A stretch of DNA of 64,000 nt from Escherichia coli (GTDB lineage Bacteria > Pseudomonadota > Gammaproteobacteria > Enterobacterales > Enterobacteriaceae). Shown piece after piece: positions 43,909 through 57,297 of the stretch. The stretch lies in NCBI RefSeq assembly GCF_003334255.1, contig NZ_QOWU01000025.1; one strand, 5' to 3'. The notes under the pieces were generated by a model, which was given only the letters and a program-made list of their open reading frames with translations, searched no databases and had not been told where the DNA came from. The stretch's first letter is position 1, and every line of letters begins with the position of its first letter. Both the position numbers and the translations under genes were made by a program.

Positions 43909-43954
43909 GAAGCGACGCCGGACGCGCCCTAGCAGCGACATCCGGCCTCAGTAA

Positions 43955-44359
43955 TTAGATCAGGAAATCGTCGAGAGATTTACCTTCTGCCAGCGCCTGA
44001 GCAATTGGCTTCGGTGTACGGCCCTGACCGGTCCAGGTTTTAGTTTCACCGTTAACATCGGTGAATTTATATTTCGCCGGACGCGGCTGGCGTTTTTTAC
44101 CAGCGCGTGGTGCAGCAGCAGAGCTATTACCCAATAACTCTTCCGGGTTAATTCCGTCAGCTTTCATCAGCTCCAGCCAGGTGCTAATTTTTTCCTGGCG
44201 CTCTGCCAGTTCACGCTGCTGCTGTTCTTCTTCTTCACGTCTTTCTTTAGTGACAACCCTGAATTTTTCGAGCATTTCTTCAAGAACGTCAATGGAGAAT
44301 TCGCGAGCCATCGCACGGAGGGTGCGAATGTTATTTAAACTTTGTAACATTACGGACAT
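43955..44359 (-). CDS. stpA: H-NS paralogue StpA (134 aa)
   Basis: ORF track protein [69 protein letters not shown]... Confidence 0.97.
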   Translation of the reverse strand: MSVMLQSLNNIRTLRAMAREFSIDVLEEMLEKFRVVTKERREEEEQQQRELAERQEKISTWLELMKADGINPEELLGNSSAAAPRAGKKRQPRPAKYKFTDVNGETKTWTGQGRTPKPIAQALAEGKSLDDFLI

Positions 44360-45027
44360 AATAAAGAAAACCTTTTAACGCCAAAACAAAAAAAGTATTT
44401 CGTCGCGTAGTGTAAGCGATCACTTATTATATTTCCACAAAATTTAATCTATTTACAGTCCTGCGCGAGATTATTTCAGCTGTTATTTTCTGAAACTCTC
44501 AGAATAATTTCAAGATTATATATTAGCCATTTTGATGAGTAATTTAGATTATTGGTGAACAGAGCGGCGCTCTCTGCTCGCTAATTCCGCAAGCCTGACA
44601 AAATCAAAGTGAATAAAAATGCAATATAACAGAATAAAAGAAAACATCCATCACTGGTGCTTTCTGCTGTTAATGTACATTGTCTGGCATAAAAAATGCT
44701 GAAAATGACCCAGCTACTACATACACCGAATTCTCTACGCTTATAGCGTTACCTCACCCCCAAACTTTCATTAGTGATATTAAAGGCAAGGCCATATCTA
44801 ATTGATTTAATTAAAAATAAATCATATCGGCATGTAAAAATCCACAATGTACAAAAAACGAGCCGTTACGGAATATTTTATCTACAAAAACTGACTAAAT
44901 AAAAATTTTTCACTAATTGATTAGTCATAGCCAGCGATATACGCTATGCGAAAATGCAGATGGCAATGAGATCCACTGCTTTCATCTCCATTAACATCCC
45001 ATTACGCTTTTATTAAGGAGCATTAGC

Positions 45028-45477
45028 ATGTTCTCACCGCAGTCACGCTTGCGTCATGCAGTTGCAGATACGTTCGCGATGGTTGTTTACTGTTCTGTCG
45101 TGAACATGTGTATTGAAGTTTTCCTCTCCGGAATGAGCTTCGAACAGTCTTTTTATTCCAGATTGGTAGCGATTCCGGTGAACATCTTAATTGCATGGCC
45201 ATACGGTATGTACCGTGATCTGTTTATGCGCGCGGCACGCAAAGTTAGCCCGTCGGGCTGGATAAAAAATCTGGCGGATATCCTGGCTTATGTGACGTTC
45301 CAGTCACCGGTGTATGTGGCGATCTTGTTAGTGGTGGGCGCAGACTGGCATCAGATTATGGCGGCGGTCAGTTCAAACATCGTTGTTTCGATGTTGATGG
45401 GGGCGGTTTATGGCTACTTCCTCGATTATTGCCGCCGACTGTTTAAAGTCAGCCGTTACCAGCAGGTAAAAGCCTGA
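45028..45477 (+). CDS. alaE: L-alanine exporter AlaE / YgaW (149 aa)
   Basis: ORF track protein [53 protein letters not shown]... Confidence 0.93.
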   Translation: MFSPQSRLRHAVADTFAMVVYCSVVNMCIEVFLSGMSFEQSFYSRLVAIPVNILIAWPYGMYRDLFMRAARKVSPSGWIKNLADILAYVTFQSPVYVAILLVVGADWHQIMAAVSSNIVVSMLMGAVYGYFLDYCRRLFKVSRYQQVKA

Positions 45478-45513
45478 CTCTTCTTTTCGCGACTGGCATC
45501 GCCAGTCGCGTCT

Positions 45514-45858
45514 TTAACTGGCTTCGCCAAATAAACCATTCAAATAACGTTCAAGCGCAACACGCGAACTAAAGCCATGCGGGATACCGTAATGCTCGTG
45601 TCGCTCGCCTGCTAAATAGAGCGGAAATTGCTGGTAATGATCGCAAGTTTTAATATCGGAAGCGGGTTCAGCCAGTGTCGAACTGCGTTCTTTTAATGTT
45701 GGATGAATTACCAGAGCGGTACGTCCCATTCGCGCTTCGCGATTAACATAGACATAATTTTCCCCACGGCGGTAACCATACGCTTTCTGGGTTACCACAT
45801 CGACAGTAAAACCGACTTTTTCAAGTACGCGCGCCACCTCGTCTGGTCGTAAATACAT
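45514..45858 (-). CDS. ygaC: Uncharacterised protein YgaC (114 aa)
   Basis: ORF track protein [55 protein letters not shown]... Confidence 0.9.
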
Positions 45859-46009
45859 ATTTGATCCTCGTTATTATCAACCGCGGGCCTACCTTACCTG
45901 ATTGCGCATTCACAACGCTTTCAGAAAAGTCCATAAAGCCGCGATGAACCTTAGTTAAGAAAATTATGGTCTACACTGAAAATTACATCGAATTCTAATG
46001 GGGGATCAT

Positions 46010-46339
46010 ATGTTTAACCGACCGAACCGCAACGACGTTGATGATGGCGTGCAGGATATCCAGAATGATGTCAATCAATTAGCTGACAGCCTCGAATCTG
46101 TATTGAAGTCCTGGGGCAGCGACGCCAAAGGGGAAGCTGAAGCCGCACGCAGTAAAGCTCAGGCATTGCTGAAAGAAACCAGGGCGCGAATGCATGGTCG
46201 TACTCGCGTCCAGCAAGCCGCGCGCGATGCCGTTGGCTGCGCGGATTCTTTTGTTCGTGAAAGACCCTGGTGTAGCGTGGGTACAGCAGCTGCGGTAGGT
46301 ATTTTTATCGGCGCACTGTTAAGCATGCGCAAATCGTAG
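46010..46339 (+). CDS. ygaM: ElaB-family membrane-anchored protein YgaM (109 aa; alternative start at 45998)
   Basis: ORF 45998..46339 (MGDHMFNRPNRNDVDDGVQDIQNDV...); I prefer the second ATG at 46010, which is better spaced from the GGGGGA SD; C-terminal TM helix. Confidence 0.85.
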   Translation: MFNRPNRNDVDDGVQDIQNDVNQLADSLESVLKSWGSDAKGEAEAARSKAQALLKETRARMHGRTRVQQAARDAVGCADSFVRERPWCSVGTAAAVGIFIGALLSMRKS

Positions 46340-46370
46340 TGCAAAAATGATAATAAATACGCGTCTTTGA

Positions 46371-46400
46371 CCCCGAAGCCTGTCTTCGGGGTTTCTTTTT
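46371..46400 (+). terminator. Rho-independent terminator after ygaM
   Basis: ccccgaagcctgtcttcgggg hairpin followed by tttcttttt. Confidence 0.6.
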
Positions 46401-46586
46401 GCCTGGTGAATCACAAAAATCCCCCTACCCCGTCACGCTCATATCCAGGGTAATTTCGACCACTATTTGCTATATATTGTGTGGTTGAATATTTTTTCAA
46501 CTACATCTAGTATCTCTGTATCAACAGAGAGACAACCCGACGCGTATCATCGCGCCGTATCTTCATTTTAAACGGAAATACGAATC

Positions 46587-46832
46587 ATGCGCATTACTAT
46601 TTACACTCGTAACGATTGCGTTCAGTGCCACGCCACCAAACGGGCGATGGAAAACCGGGGCTTTGATTTTGAAATGATTAATGTCGATCGCGTTCCTGAA
46701 GCGGCAGAAGCGTTGCGTGCTCAGGGCTTTCGTCAGTTGCCGGTAGTGATTGCTGGCGATCTTAGCTGGTCTGGTTTCCGTCCGGACATGATTAACCGTC
46801 TGCATCCAGCGCCACACGCGGCCAGTGCATGA
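46587..46832 (+). CDS. nrdH: Glutaredoxin-like protein NrdH (81 aa)
   Basis: ORF track protein [69 protein letters not shown]... Confidence 0.95.
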
Positions 46833-47239
46833 GCCAGCTCGTCTACTTCTCCAGCAGCTCCGAAAACACGCAGCGTTTTATCGAACGTTTAGGTCTGCCC
46901 GCGGTGCGCATCCCGCTCAATGAGCGGGAACGGATTCAGGTAGACGAGCCTTACATCCTGATCGTGCCCTCTTACGGCGGCGGCGGTACGGCTGGCGCGG
47001 TGCCACGACAGGTAATTCGCTTTTTAAACGACGAGCACAACCGGGCGTTGCTTCGCGGCGTTATTGCTTCTGGTAATCGCAACTTTGGTGAGGCGTATGG
47101 CCGCGCCGGAGATGTGATTGCCCGGAAATGCGGCGTGCCGTGGCTGTACCGTTTTGAACTCATGGGTACGCAAAGCGATATCGAAAACGTTCGTAAAGGA
47201 GTAACCGAATTTTGGCAACGACAACCGCAGAATGCCTGA
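46829..47239 (+). CDS. nrdI: Flavodoxin-like NrdI (136 aa)
   Basis: ORF track protein [53 protein letters not shown]...; 4-bp overlap with nrdH. Confidence 0.95.
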
Positions 47240-49356
47240 CGCAGGAAACGATGGATTACCACGCGCTGAATGCGATGCTTAACCTCTACGATAGCGCAGG
47301 TCGCATTCAGTTCGATAAAGACCGCCAGGCCGTTGACGCCTTTATTGCGACGCATGTGCGTCCGAACAGTGTGACCTTCAGTAGCCAGCAGCAGCGCCTG
47401 AACTGGCTGGTCAACGAAGGTTACTATGATGAAAGCGTTCTTAATCGCTACTCTCGCGACTTTGTCATTACGCTGTTTGCCCACGCACACACCAGCGGTT
47501 TTCGTTTCCAGACATTCCTCGGGGCATGGAAGTTTTACACCAGCTATACGTTGAAGACATTCGACGGTAAACGTTATCTGGAAGATTTTGCCGATCGAGT
47601 AACGATGGTGGCGCTGACGCTGGCACAAGGCGATGAGACGCTGGCGTTGCAACTGACCGATGAAATGCTGTCAGGACGCTTTCAGCCAGCCACGCCAACA
47701 TTCCTCAACTGCGGTAAGCAGCAGCGCGGCGAACTGGTTTCCTGTTTTTTGCTGCGTATTGAAGACAATATGGAGTCGATTGGTCGGGCGGTAAATTCCG
47801 CACTGCAGCTGTCGAAACGCGGCGGCGGCGTAGCATTTTTGCTGTCGAATCTGCGAGAAGCGGGCGCGCCAATTAAACGTATTGAAAATCAATCTTCTGG
47901 CGTAATTCCGGTGATGAAAATGCTGGAAGACGCATTTTCCTATGCCAACCAACTCGGCGCTCGTCAGGGGGCTGGTGCAGTCTATTTACATGCTCATCAT
48001 CCCGATATTCTGCGTTTTCTCGACACGAAACGGGAAAATGCCGACGAAAAAATCCGCATTAAAACACTGTCGCTTGGCGTGGTGATCCCGGATATCACTT
48101 TCCATCTGGCAAAAGAGAATGCGCAGATGGCGCTGTTTTCGCCTTATGACGTAGAGCGAGTTTATGGCAAGCCGTTTGCCGATGTGGCCATCAGCCAACA
48201 CTATGACGAACTGGTTGCCGATGAACGCATTCGCAAAAAATACCTCAACGCCCGTGATTTCTTCCAGCGACTGGCAGAAATCCAGTTTGAGTCCGGCTAT
48301 CCCTACATCATGTATGAAGACACGGTAAACCGTGCTAACCCTATCGCCGGGCGCATAAATATGAGTAATCTCTGCTCAGAAATTTTGCAGGTTAACAGCG
48401 CCTCAGAGTATGACGAGAATCTCGACTATACCCGCACAGGCCATGATATTTCCTGCAATTTAGGTTCGTTGAATATTGCGCACACCATGGATTCCCCCGA
48501 TTTTGCCCGCACGGTAGAGACTGCCGTGCGCGGTTTAACGGCAGTATCAGATATGAGTCATATCCGCAGCGTGCCGTCCATCGAAGCCGGAAATGCCGCC
48601 TCGCACGCCATCGGACTGGGGCAGATGAATTTACACGGCTATCTGGCGCGAGAAGGCATCGCTTATGGTTCGCCGGAAGCACTGGATTTCACCAATCTCT
48701 ATTTCTATGCCATCACCTGGCATGCACTGCGTACCTCGATGTTGCTGGCACGCGAACGCGGTGAAACCTTCGCCGGGTTCAAACAGTCACGCTATGCCAG
48801 TGGTGAATATTTTAGCCAATATCTGCAAGGGAACTGGCAGCCGAAAACGGCGAAAGTTGGCGAACTGTTTACCCGTAGCGGTATTACGTTACCTACCCGT
48901 GAGATGTGGGCGCAGCTGCGCGACGACGTGATGCGCTACGGCATATACAACCAGAATCTTCAGGCGGTGCCGCCAACCGGTTCTATCTCTTATATCAACC
49001 ATGCTACGTCGAGTATTCATCCGATTGTGGCGAAAGTAGAGATACGCAAAGAGGGCAAAACAGGACGCGTTTACTACCCTGCCCCGTTTATGACTAACGA
49101 GAATCTGGCGCTGTATCAGGACGCTTACGAAATTGGCGCAGAAAAGATCATCGACACCTACGCGGAAGCGACTCGCCATGTCGATCAGGGGCTGTCGCTG
49201 ACGCTTTTTTTCCCCGATACCGCCACCACTCGCGATATCAACAAAGCGCAGATTTACGCCTGGCGCAAGGGTATCAAAACGCTCTATTACATCCGCCTGC
49301 GTCAGATGGCGCTGGAAGGCACTGAAATTGAAGGCTGCGTCTCCTGTGCACTTTAA
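47212..49356 (+). CDS. nrdE: Class Ib ribonucleotide reductase alpha subunit NrdE (714 aa), TTG start
   Basis: ORF track protein (M)[37 protein letters not shown]...; starts on TTG and overlaps nrdI by 28 bp. Confidence 0.95.
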
Positions 49357-50325
<969 letters not shown>

Positions 50326-50678
50326 GGGTGTTATTTTCAAAAATATCACTACCCGCAGCAGGGAAATAATTCCCGCCAAATAGCTTTTTATCACGCAAAT
50401 AATTTGTGGTGATCTACACTGATACTCTGTTGCATTATTCGCCTGAAACCACAATATTCAGGCGTTTTTTCGCTATCTTTGACAAAAAATATCAACTTTC
50501 TCGATTTGCTCTCAGCCCTTATATCACGGGAAATTCCGGCGATTTGCTCGCATCAATATTCATGCCACATTTGCCATCAGGGGTTGCCTCAGATTCTCAG
50601 TATGTTAGGGTAGAAAAAAGTGACTATTTCCATTGGGTAATATATCGACATAGACAAATAAAGGAATCTTTCTATTGC

Positions 50679-51881
50679 ATGGCAATTAAATTAGAAATTA
50701 AAAATCTTTATAAAATATTTGGCGAGCATCCACAGCGAGCGTTCAAATATATCGAACAAGGACTTTCAAAAGAACAAATTCTGGAAAAAACTGGGCTATC
50801 GCTTGGCGTAAAAGACGCCAGTCTGGCCATTGAAGAAGGCGAGATATTTGTCATCATGGGATTATCCGGCTCGGGTAAATCCACAATGGTACGCCTTCTC
50901 AATCGCCTGATTGAACCCACCCGCGGGCAAGTGCTGATTGATGGTGTGGATATTGCCAAAATATCCGACGCCGAACTCCGTGAGGTGCGCAGAAAAAAGA
51001 TTGCGATGGTCTTCCAGTCCTTTGCCTTAATGCCGCATATGACCGTGCTGGACAATACTGCGTTCGGTATGGAATTGGCCGGAATTAATGCCGAAGAACG
51101 CCGGGAAAAAGCCCTTGATGCACTGCGTCAGGTCGGGCTGGAAAATTATGCCCACAGCTACCCGGATGAACTCTCTGGCGGGATGCGTCAACGTGTGGGA
51201 TTAGCCCGCGCGTTAGCGATTAATCCGGATATATTATTAATGGACGAAGCCTTCTCGGCGCTCGATCCATTAATTCGCACCGAGATGCAGGATGAGCTGG
51301 TAAAATTACAGGCGAAACATCAGCGCACCATTGTCTTTATTTCCCACGATCTTGATGAAGCCATGCGTATTGGCGACCGAATTGCCATTATGCAAAATGG
51401 TGAAGTGGTACAGGTCGGCACACCGGATGAAATTCTCAATAATCCGGCGAATGATTATGTCCGTACCTTCTTCCGTGGCGTTGATATTAGTCAGGTATTC
51501 AGTGCGAAAGATATTGCCCGCCGGACACCGAATGGCTTAATTCGTAAAACCCCTGGCTTCGGCCCACGTTCGGCACTGAAATTATTGCAGGATGAAGATC
51601 GCGAATATGGCTACGTTATCGAACGCGGTAATAAGTTTGTCGGCGCAGTCTCCATCGATTCGCTTAAAACCGCGTTAACGCAGCAGCAAGGTCTTGATGC
51701 GGCGCTGATTGATGCGCCGTTAGCAGTCGATGCACAAACGCCTCTTAGCGAGTTGCTCTCTCATGTCGGACAGGCACCCTGTGCGGTGCCCGTGGTCGAC
51801 GAGGACCAACAGTATGTCGGCATCATTTCGAAAGGAATGCTGCTGCGCGCTTTAGATCGTGAGGGGGTAAATAATGGCTGA
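50679..51881 (+). CDS. proV: Glycine betaine/proline ABC transporter ATPase ProV (400 aa)
   Basis: ORF 50406..51881 trimmed 91 codons to [44 protein letters not shown]...; Walker [11 protein letters not shown]-terminal CBS domains. Confidence 0.95.
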   Translation: MAIKLEIKNLYKIFGEHPQRAFKYIEQGLSKEQILEKTGLSLGVKDASLAIEEGEIFVIMGLSGSGKSTMVRLLNRLIEPTRGQVLIDGVDIAKISDAELREVRRKKIAMVFQSFALMPHMTVLDNTAFGMELAGINAEERREKALDALRQVGLENYAHSYPDELSGGMRQRVGLARALAINPDILLMDEAFSALDPLIRTEMQDELVKLQAKHQRTIVFISHDLDEAMRIGDRIAIMQNGEVVQVGTPDEILNNPANDYVRTFFRGVDISQVFSAKDIARRTPNGLIRKTPGFGPRSALKLLQDEDREYGYVIERGNKFVGAVSIDSLKTALTQQQGLDAALIDAPLAVDAQTPLSELLSHVGQAPCAVPVVDEDQQYVGIISKGMLLRALDREGVNNG

Positions 51882-52938
51882 TCAAAATAATCCGTGGGAT
51901 ACCACGCCAGCGGCGGACAGTGCCGCGCAATCCGCAGACGCCTGGGGTACACCGACGACTGCACCGACTGACGGCGGTGGTGCTGACTGGCTGACCAGTA
52001 CGCCTGCGCCAAACGTCGAGCATTTTAATATTCTCGATCCGTTCCATAAAACGCTGATCCCGCTCGACAGTTGGGTCACTGAAGGGATCGACTGGGTCGT
52101 TACCCATTTCCGTCCCGTCTTCCAGGGCGTGCGCGTTCCGGTTGATTATATCCTCAACGGTTTCCAGCAATTGCTGCTGGGTATGCCCGCACCGGTGGCG
52201 ATTATCGTTTTCGCTCTCATCGCCTGGCAGATTTCCGGGGTCGGAATGGGTGTGGCGACGCTGGTTTCGCTGATTGCCATCGGCGCAATCGGTGCCTGGT
52301 CGCAGGCAATGGTGACTCTGGCGCTGGTGTTAACCGCCCTGCTGTTCTGTATCGTCATCGGTTTGCCGTTGGGGATATGGCTGGCGAGAAGTCCGCGAGC
52401 GGCGAAAATTATTCGTCCACTGCTTGATGCCATGCAGACCACGCCAGCGTTTGTTTATCTGGTGCCAATCGTCATGCTATTTGGTATCGGTAACGTGCCG
52501 GGCGTGGTGGTGACGATCATCTTTGCTCTGCCGCCGATTATCCGTCTGACCATTCTGGGGATTAACCAGGTTCCGGCGGATCTGATTGAAGCCTCGCGCT
52601 CATTCGGTGCCAGCCCGCGCCAGATGCTGTTCAAAGTTCAGTTACCGCTGGCGATGCCGACCATTATGGCGGGCGTTAACCAGACGCTGATGCTGGCCCT
52701 TTCTATGGTGGTCATCGCCTCGATGATTGCCGTCGGCGGGTTGGGTCAGATGGTACTTCGCGGTATCGGTCGTCTGGATATGGGGCTTGCCACCGTTGGC
52801 GGCGTCGGGATTGTGATCCTCGCCATTATCCTCGATCGTCTGACGCAGGCCGTTGGGCGCGACTCACGCAGTCGCGGCAACCGTCGCTGGTACACCACTG
52901 GCCCTGTTGGTCTGCTGACCCGCCCATTCATTAAGTAA
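51874..52938 (+). CDS. proW: Glycine betaine/proline ABC transporter permease ProW (354 aa)
   Basis: ORF track protein [57 protein letters not shown]...; 8-bp overlap with proV. Confidence 0.97.
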   Translation: MADQNNPWDTTPAADSAAQSADAWGTPTTAPTDGGGADWLTSTPAPNVEHFNILDPFHKTLIPLDSWVTEGIDWVVTHFRPVFQGVRVPVDYILNGFQQLLLGMPAPVAIIVFALIAWQISGVGMGVATLVSLIAIGAIGAWSQAMVTLALVLTALLFCIVIGLPLGIWLARSPRAAKIIRPLLDAMQTTPAFVYLVPIVMLFGIGNVPGVVVTIIFALPPIIRLTILGINQVPADLIEASRSFGASPRQMLFKVQLPLAMPTIMAGVNQTLMLALSMVVIASMIAVGGLGQMVLRGIGRLDMGLATVGGVGIVILAIILDRLTQAVGRDSRSRGNRRWYTTGPVGLLTRPFIK

Positions 52939-52995
52939 CTCTGCACTTGCCCGGTGACGCCGGGCATTATCACCCTGCCAAAAAAAGGAATAACA

Positions 52996-53988
52996 ATGCG
53001 ACATAGCGTACTTTTTGCGACAGCGTTTGCCACGCTTATCTCTACACAAACTTTTGCTGCCGATCTGCCGGGCAAAGGCATTACTGTTAATCCAGTTCAG
53101 AGCACCATCACTGAAGAAACCTTCCAGACGCTGCTGGTCAGTCGTGCGCTGGAGAAATTAGGTTATACCGTCAACAAACCCAGCGAAGTAGATTACAACG
53201 TTGGCTACACCTCGCTTGCTTCCGGCGATGCAACCTTCACCGCCGTGAACTGGACGCCACTGCATGACAACATGTACGAAGCTGCCGGTGGCGATAAGAA
53301 ATTTTATCGTGAAGGGGTATTTGTTAACGGCGCGGCACAGGGTTACCTGATCGATAAGAAAACCGCCGACCAGTACAAAATCACCAACATCGCACAACTG
53401 AAAGATCCGAAGATCGCCAAACTGTTCGATACCAACGGCGACGGAAAAGCGGATTTAACCGGTTGTAACCCTGGCTGGGGCTGCGAAGGTGCGATCAACC
53501 ACCAGCTTGCCGCGTATGAACTGACCAACACCGTGACGCATAATCAGGGGAACTACGCAGCGATGATGGCCGACACCATCAGTCGCTACAAAGAGGGCAA
53601 ACCGGTGTTTTATTACACCTGGACGCCGTACTGGGTGAGTAACGAACTGAAGCCGGGCAAAGATGTCGTCTGGTTGCAGGTGCCGTTCTCCGCACTGCCG
53701 GGCGATAAAAACGCCGATACCAAACTGCCGAATGGTGCGAATTATGGCTTCCCGGTCAGCACCATGCATATCGTTGCCAACAAAGCCTGGGCCGAGAAAA
53801 ACCCGGCAGCAGCGAAACTGTTTGCCATTATGCAGTTGCCAGTGGCAGATATTAACGCCCAGAACGCCATTATGCATGACGGCAAAGCCTCAGAAGGCGA
53901 TATTCAGGGACACGTTGATGGTTGGATCAAAGCCCACCAGCAGCAGTTCGATGGCTGGGTGAATGAGGCGCTGGCAGCGCAGAAGTAA
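52996..53988 (+). CDS. proX: Glycine betaine/proline periplasmic binding protein ProX (330 aa)
   Basis: ORF 52954..53988 trimmed 14 codons to [35 protein letters not shown]... Confidence 0.95.
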
Positions 53989-53999
53989 TTTTTATTCGG

Positions 54000-54080
54000 G
54001 CGGATAAGGCGTTTTTGCCGCATCCGCCGTTCTGTGCACAATGCCTGATGCGACGCTGGCGCGTCTTATCATGCCTACAA
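54000..54080. repeat. REP/BIME-type extragenic palindromic repeats downstream of proX
   Basis: cggataaggcgtttttgccgcatccgcc and gcctgatgcgacgctggcgcgtcttatcatgcctac are canonical REP-like units. Confidence 0.55.
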
Positions 54081-54179
54081 ACCACATCGCACATTTCAAC
54101 AATCTATCTTTCATCCCATATTCATCAACATCCGCTATTATTGATTTCCAGCTTAATCATCACCTGATGAACAAAAATA

Positions 54180-55364
54180 ATGACTAAACCTAATCATGAG
54201 CTTAGCCCGGCGCTGATCGTGCTGATGTCTATCGCCACCGGTCTGGCGGTAGCCAGTAACTATTACGCCCAGCCATTGCTCGACACCATCGCGCGTAACT
54301 TTTCCCTTTCCGCCAGTTCGGCAGGCTTTATTGTTACCGCCGCGCAGTTGGGCTATGCCGCAGGTCTACTGTTTCTTGTTCCCCTCGGTGATATGTTTGA
54401 ACGCCGCCGCCTGATTGTCTCGATGACCTTACTGGCGGCATGCGGCATGTTGATTACCGCCAGCAGTCAGTCGCTGGCGATGATGATCCTCGGTACGGCA
54501 TTAACCGGTTTATTCTCAGTCGTGGCACAAATTCTGGTTCCGCTGGCAGCGACGCTGGCTTCACCGGATAAACGCGGCAAAGTGGTTGGCACTATTATGA
54601 GCGGTCTGCTGTTGGGGATCTTGCTGGCACGGACAGTTGCCGGATTGCTGGCGAATCTCGGCGGCTGGCGCACCGTCTTTTGGGTTGCTTCGGTGTTAAT
54701 GGCACTGATGGCGCTGGCATTATGGCGTGGTCTGCCACAAATGAAATCAGAAACCCACCTCAACTACCCACAGTTGTTGGGTTCCGTTTTCAGTATGTTT
54801 ATCAGCGATAAAATTCTGCGTACCCGCGCGTTGCTGGGCTGCCTGACCTTTGCCAATTTCAGCATTCTCTGGACCTCAATGGCCTTTTTGCTTGCCGCTC
54901 CACCTTTTAACTACAGCGATGGTGTCATTGGTCTGTTTGGACTTGCGGGAGCTGCCGGAGCGTTGGGCGCTCGTCCGGCGGGCGGTTTTGCCGATAAGGG
55001 CAAATCGCACCACACCACAACTTTCGGTCTGCTGCTGCTATTACTTTCATGGCTGGCGATCTGGTTTGGTCACACTTCCGTACTGGCGTTGATTATCGGA
55101 ATCCTGGTGCTGGATCTCACCGTGCAGGGCGTGCATATCACTAACCAGACGGTAATTTATCGGATACATCCTGATGCGCGCAATCGCCTGACCGCAGGTT
55201 ACATGACTAGCTACTTTATTGGCGGTGCCGCCGGTTCGCTAATTTCAGCCTCAGCCTGGCAACATGGCGGTTGGGCTGGCGTTTGTCTGGCTGGCGCGAC
55301 GATTGCCCTGGTTAACTTACTGGTCTGGTGGCGAGGTTTTCATCGTCAGGAAGCCGCAAATTAA
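54180..55364 (+). CDS. ygaY: MFS-family transporter YgaY (394 aa, intact frame here)
   Basis: ORF track protein MTKPNHELSPALIVLMSIATGLAVASNYYAQPLLDTIARNFSLSASSAGFIV...; 12-TM MFS-like hydropathy. Confidence 0.85.
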   Translation: MTKPNHELSPALIVLMSIATGLAVASNYYAQPLLDTIARNFSLSASSAGFIVTAAQLGYAAGLLFLVPLGDMFERRRLIVSMTLLAACGMLITASSQSLAMMILGTALTGLFSVVAQILVPLAATLASPDKRGKVVGTIMSGLLLGILLARTVAGLLANLGGWRTVFWVASVLMALMALALWRGLPQMKSETHLNYPQLLGSVFSMFISDKILRTRALLGCLTFANFSILWTSMAFLLAAPPFNYSDGVIGLFGLAGAAGALGARPAGGFADKGKSHHTTTFGLLLLLLSWLAIWFGHTSVLALIIGILVLDLTVQGVHITNQTVIYRIHPDARNRLTAGYMTSYFIGGAAGSLISASAWQHGGWAGVCLAGATIALVNLLVWWRGFHRQEAAN

Positions 55365-55487
55365 GCAATCAGCAACCGTTTTCGTGGCTTTACACTTATA
55401 AGGGTGTTAAGAAGCCCATCAGTCTGATAAGGTTAAGATATTCATTCAGTCTATTTATAATATTAACAATCGTTAAGCGTACACTCT

Positions 55488-56225
55488 ATGGAAAGCCCTA
55501 CTCCACAGCCTGCTCCTGGTTCGGCGACCTTCATGGAAGGATGCAAAGACAGTTTACCGATTGTTATTAGTTATATTCCGGTGGCCTTTGCGTTCGGTCT
55601 GAATGCGACCCGTCTGGGATTCTCTCCTCTCGAAAGCGTTTTTTTCTCCTGCATCATTTATGCAGGCGCGAGCCAGTTCGTCATTACCGCGATGCTGGCA
55701 GCCGGGAGTAGTTTGTGGATTGCTGCACTGACCGTCATGGCAATGGATGTTCGCCATGTGTTGTATGGCCCGTCACTGCGTAGCCGTATTATTCAGCGTC
55801 TGCAAAAATCGAAAACCGCCCTGTGGGCGTTTGGCCTGACGGATGAGGTTTTTGCCGCCGCAACCGCAAAACTGGTACGCAATAATCGCCGCTGGAGCGA
55901 GAACTGGATGATCGGCATTGCCTTCAGTTCATGGTCATCGTGGGTATTTGGTACGGTAATAGGGGCATTCTCCGGCAGCGGCTTGCTGCAAGGTTATCCC
56001 GCCGTTGAAGCTGCATTAGGTTTTATGCTTCCGGCACTCTTTATGAGTTTCCTGCTCGCCTCTTTCCAGCGCAAACAATCTCTTTGCGTTACCGCAGCGT
56101 TAGTTGGTGCCCTTGCAGGCGTAACGCTATTTTCTATTCCCGTCGCCATTCTGGCAGGCATTGTCTGTGGCTGCCTCACTGCGTTAATCCAGGCATTCTG
56201 GCAAGGAGCGCCCGATGAGCTATGA
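55488..56225 (+). CDS. ygaZ: AzlC-family branched-chain amino acid (valine) exporter subunit YgaZ (245 aa)
   Basis: ORF track protein [53 protein letters not shown]... Confidence 0.9.
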
Positions 56226-56550
56226 GGTTCTGCTGCTTGGGTTACTAGTTGGCGTGGCGAATTATTGCTTCCGCTATTTGCCGCTGCGCCTGCGTGTGGG
56301 TAATGCCCGCCCAACCAAACGTGGCGCGGTAGGTATTTTGCTCGACACCATTGGCATCGCCTCGATATGCGCTCTGCTGGTTGTCTCTACCGCACCAGAA
56401 GTGATGCACGATACACGCCGTTTCGTGCCCACGCTGGTCGGCTTCGCGGTACTGGGTGCCAGTTTCTATAAAACACGCAGCATTATCATCCCAACACTGC
56501 TTAGTGCGCTGGCCTATGGGCTCGCCTGGAAAGTGATGGCGATTATATAA
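56215..56550 (+). CDS. ygaH: AzlD-family exporter subunit YgaH (111 aa)
   Basis: ORF track protein [55 protein letters not shown]...; 11-bp overlap with ygaZ. Confidence 0.9.
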
Positions 56551-56640
56551 CCCACAAGAATCATTTTTCTAAAACAATACATTTACTTTATTTGTCACTG
56601 TCGTTACTATATCGGCTGAAATTAATGAGGTCATACCCAA

Positions 56641-57171
56641 ATGGATAGTTCGTTTACGCCCATTGAACAAATGCTAAAATTTCGCGCCAGCCGCCACGAA
56701 GATTTTCCTTATCAGGAGATCCTTCTGACTCGTCTTTGCATGCACATGCAAAGCAAGCTGCTGGAGAACCGCAATAAAATGCTGAAGGCTCAGGGGATTA
56801 ACGAGACGTTGTTTATGGCGTTGATTACGCTGGAGTCTCAGGAAAACCACAGTATTCAGCCTTCTGAATTAAGTTGTGCTCTTGGATCATCCCGTACCAA
56901 CGCGACGCGTATTGCCGATGAACTGGAAAAACGCGGTTGGATCGAACGTCGTGAAAGCGATAACGATCGCCGCTGCCTGCATCTGCAATTAACGGAAAAA
57001 GGTCACGAGTTTTTGCGCGAGGTTTTACCACCGCAGCATAACTGCCTGCATCAACTCTGGTCCGCGCTCAGCACAACAGAAAAAGATCAGCTCGAGCAAA
57101 TCACCCGCAAATTGCTCTCCCGTCTCGACCAGATGGAACAAGACGGTGTGGTTCTCGAAGCGATGAGCTAA
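56641..57171 (+). CDS. mprA: MarR-family repressor MprA / EmrR (176 aa)
   Basis: ORF track protein [64 protein letters not shown]... Confidence 0.95.
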
Positions 57172-57297
57172 CGCGTCATCTCGCTCAAAAATCCAGATTT
57201 ATAAAAGAAAAAATGACTGGCCAGCATCGCAACATGCTGGCCTTTTTGGCAAGCAGGTCGGCTCAGCCGATGAGTTAAGAAGATCGTGGAGAACAAT

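Noticed and set aside
44360-45027. Long AT-rich intergenic region between stpA and alaE as a possible hidden sRNA or small-protein locus
   Set aside because: I see no terminator-bounded transcription unit and no ORF with an RBS; most simply the extended, nucleoid-protein-bound regulatory region of the divergent stpA and alaE promoters.
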